In this document: positions 61,964 through 64,000 of the stretch, piece after piece
How the letters are laid out: every line of letters begins with the position of its first letter
Position numbering within the stretch: the stretch's first letter is position 1
DNA from: Zootoca vivipara
Taxonomy: Eukaryota
Assembly (NCBI RefSeq): GCF_963506605.1
Contig: NC_083282.1
Location: 5,394,001 to 5,458,000 of the forward strand
Direction of reading: 5' to 3'
Length of the DNA: 64,000 bases
Program-made: the position numbers and the translations under genes
The notes under the pieces: model-generated
What the model saw: only the letters and a program-made list of their open reading frames with translations
Databases searched by the model: none
What the model was told of the DNA's origin: nothing

Positions 61964-64000
61964 AGGAACAAAAGCATCTCTCCATTTCTGCCTGGGGTCG
62001 CCTTTACCCCTCCTTGGGATATAATGGGAGACACTGAGCAAGAGCTGCAACAATGGCAGGTCCTGAGACAATGTGCACAACACCACTACTAGAACAAACC
62101 CTGCACATAGTTCACATTAACACATTTTTTAATTAAAAAAATGAAAATTAGCAGTATCTGCAAGCAACTCTGATTAAATTTGTTTTTGTTCTGTGAATGA
62201 ACTTTATTTTAATAACTTTGGATGCCTTGAATGCCAGGGCTTTAAAAGAAACAGATATTATATATATAAATATATATACACACACTCTGTTTGATTAATT
62301 GTATGATCTTAATGAGGTAGGTTTTCTCTTTTATTTTGGTATTATTACATACCCAGTATATAATTTCCTCTTTTCTTCTCCCTTCAAAACAGTCTCACTC
62401 ACCACTGCTTTGTGTGAGTTTGAAAAGAAATTAGGAAGTGTTGCAATGGAGGAGGAAGCTCTCAATTGCTGTGTGTTGCAGAGTTTCTGAAAGTAACTCT
62501 CCTTAAGCATGGTAGTATATCACCATTATCCATTGTATTTTTCTAAGCATGATAGGTTTTTAATTTCAATTTGTAAACCATGTATTCAGCACCTCAACAA
62601 GCAGGTCTATTTACATGAACAAGAATGAAATAGCTGTTCCATTTCTGGTGAGGCAGCATAAATTGGCTAATACTGATTGATCCCAGCACTCTTGAAAGGC
62701 AGCCATTGCATTTCTTCTGCAGATTAAGAACACCTAAACTGAAGTGTAGAATGGCTTCGGTTGTCAGAGATGGGTTAGGTTAAGAAATTTGGGTCTCTCT
62801 GCTTCTTTGTCAGGTCTAAAGCACAACTTCCATGTTAACTTTTGTTTTGGGAAAGGATGTGGACGGCATGATACCCTAATGCAGGGAAAGCTGCTGTATC
62901 TGCCCAAGATGAGAGCTGTAGAAGTTATAGTTTGGGTGGGATGAAGCAAGAAGACAGAAAGCGCAGGCCCCTTGACTTTGTGTTCCCTCTGCATCTTTAA
63001 AGCTCCAAAGCTGCTCTTGATTGCCCCTGGTCTGTCTTGGGGTGGGGGACTTGCCTATCCCTGCTGTATTCAGTCTCTGAAAGTGAAGGCTTTCTCTGAG
63101 TAATGGGAGAGACTGACAAGGTAATAGAACTCCTTAGATTTACTTTCAGCAACTCTGTCTCAACAGCAACACCCTTCAGGATCTAGATGGGATGAAAACC
63201 TTTCTTGTTGCTGCGTATGTCATTGCATTTAAGATTGTCCTTAAAATGCCACTGTTGCAGGCAGTGATCTTACTTGTGCTGTGCATATTTTGACTTCCTC
63301 CTCTTTCCCTCCAGGTTGATATGTAGGTAGAGATGCTCTGAGTGGAAACCATTGCAAAAGCTCCCACGCATCTCTTCAGCCTACTTCTCCCATTTGGATT
63401 AGACTACTAAAACTCAGAAAGCACTGGTTATGTAATAAGTTGAAGCATTGCTTTGGTTGGGTAAAAGCATAAGTTTATTAATCTTGTTTTAGGTTGTTTT
63501 TCTTCCCTTAAACCCTTGTTGAGGTCATAGCAACCTTCAGCTATTTTGCATCTGTCGTACTGTTACATTGAACAAAATGGGGGGGGGGGATACAGTCCCC
63601 TGTTGCCTACCAGTAGGAGAGTCCAAGCAGAAGACTCTGTTGAGTAGTGATTATTTAATTTGCCCAGTCAAGGCACCGCATTTATATACTATTTCACATT
63701 GAATTTGATTATGCCCTACAGACCTGGCTGGCCAAAAATTTGATACATGTATTGGCTTGGGATTCGAGCATTCATTTTTTTATTTAAATAAAAATTATCT
63801 ATATATGTATGTATATATACACATATATGTAGTTATATCTGTATATATATTGGGTATGTTTTAAGAATTTTTTCACATGAGTGCAGCTGTTATAAAACAT
63901 CTGGGAGGTAGAGGCACTGAGAAAATATATCTCAAAAGGCATTTTAACAATCATCTTCAGCTTCTCTTAAATTCACACACCACTCTGTCAGAATTTTAAC
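61964..64000 (+). other. RC3H1: RC3H1 3' UTR (probably continues beyond the window)
   Basis: AU-rich sequence with no recognisable TEs after the stop codon; CDE-like hairpin, PUM motifs, candidate polyA signals. Confidence 0.8.
62185..62201 (+). promoter_or_regulatory. CDE-like stem-loop (Roquin-binding element) in the 3' UTR
   Basis: UUUGUUC-UGU-GAAUGAA: UUCUGUGAA core with a YRY tri-loop, lower stem with G-U pairs. Confidence 0.55.

Overview
Vertebrate (squamate reptile, probably a lacertid lizard, judged from Sauria SINEs, BovB, Squam3-like and tRNA-Lys/CR1 SINEs) genomic DNA, almost entirely spanned on the + strand by RC3H1 (Roquin-1). The gene has a CpG-island non-coding exon 1 (donor at 2785/2786), 19 coding exons (26035-61963; spliced CDS 3408 nt, 1135 aa: RING, ROQ, CCCH zinc finger, Pro-rich region, coiled coil) and the first ~2 kb of 3' UTR. 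Introns are packed with TEs: BovB, CR1, L2 and L1 fragments, SINEs, Tc1/pogo and hAT MITEs, and a Penelope-type palindrome. The standout observation is an intact, intronless, highly divergent histone H2B-like gene nested on the same strand in RC3H1 intron 1 (14966-15361). It has an Arg-rich, protamine-like N-tail, has lost the H2B acidic-patch glutamates, ends in a truncated Cys-bearing C-terminus, carries its own H2B-type CCAAT/octamer-like/TATA promoter, and has an AATAAA instead of a histone stem-loop. It is a candidate germline histone variant. All calls are from reading the sequence; no searches were run.
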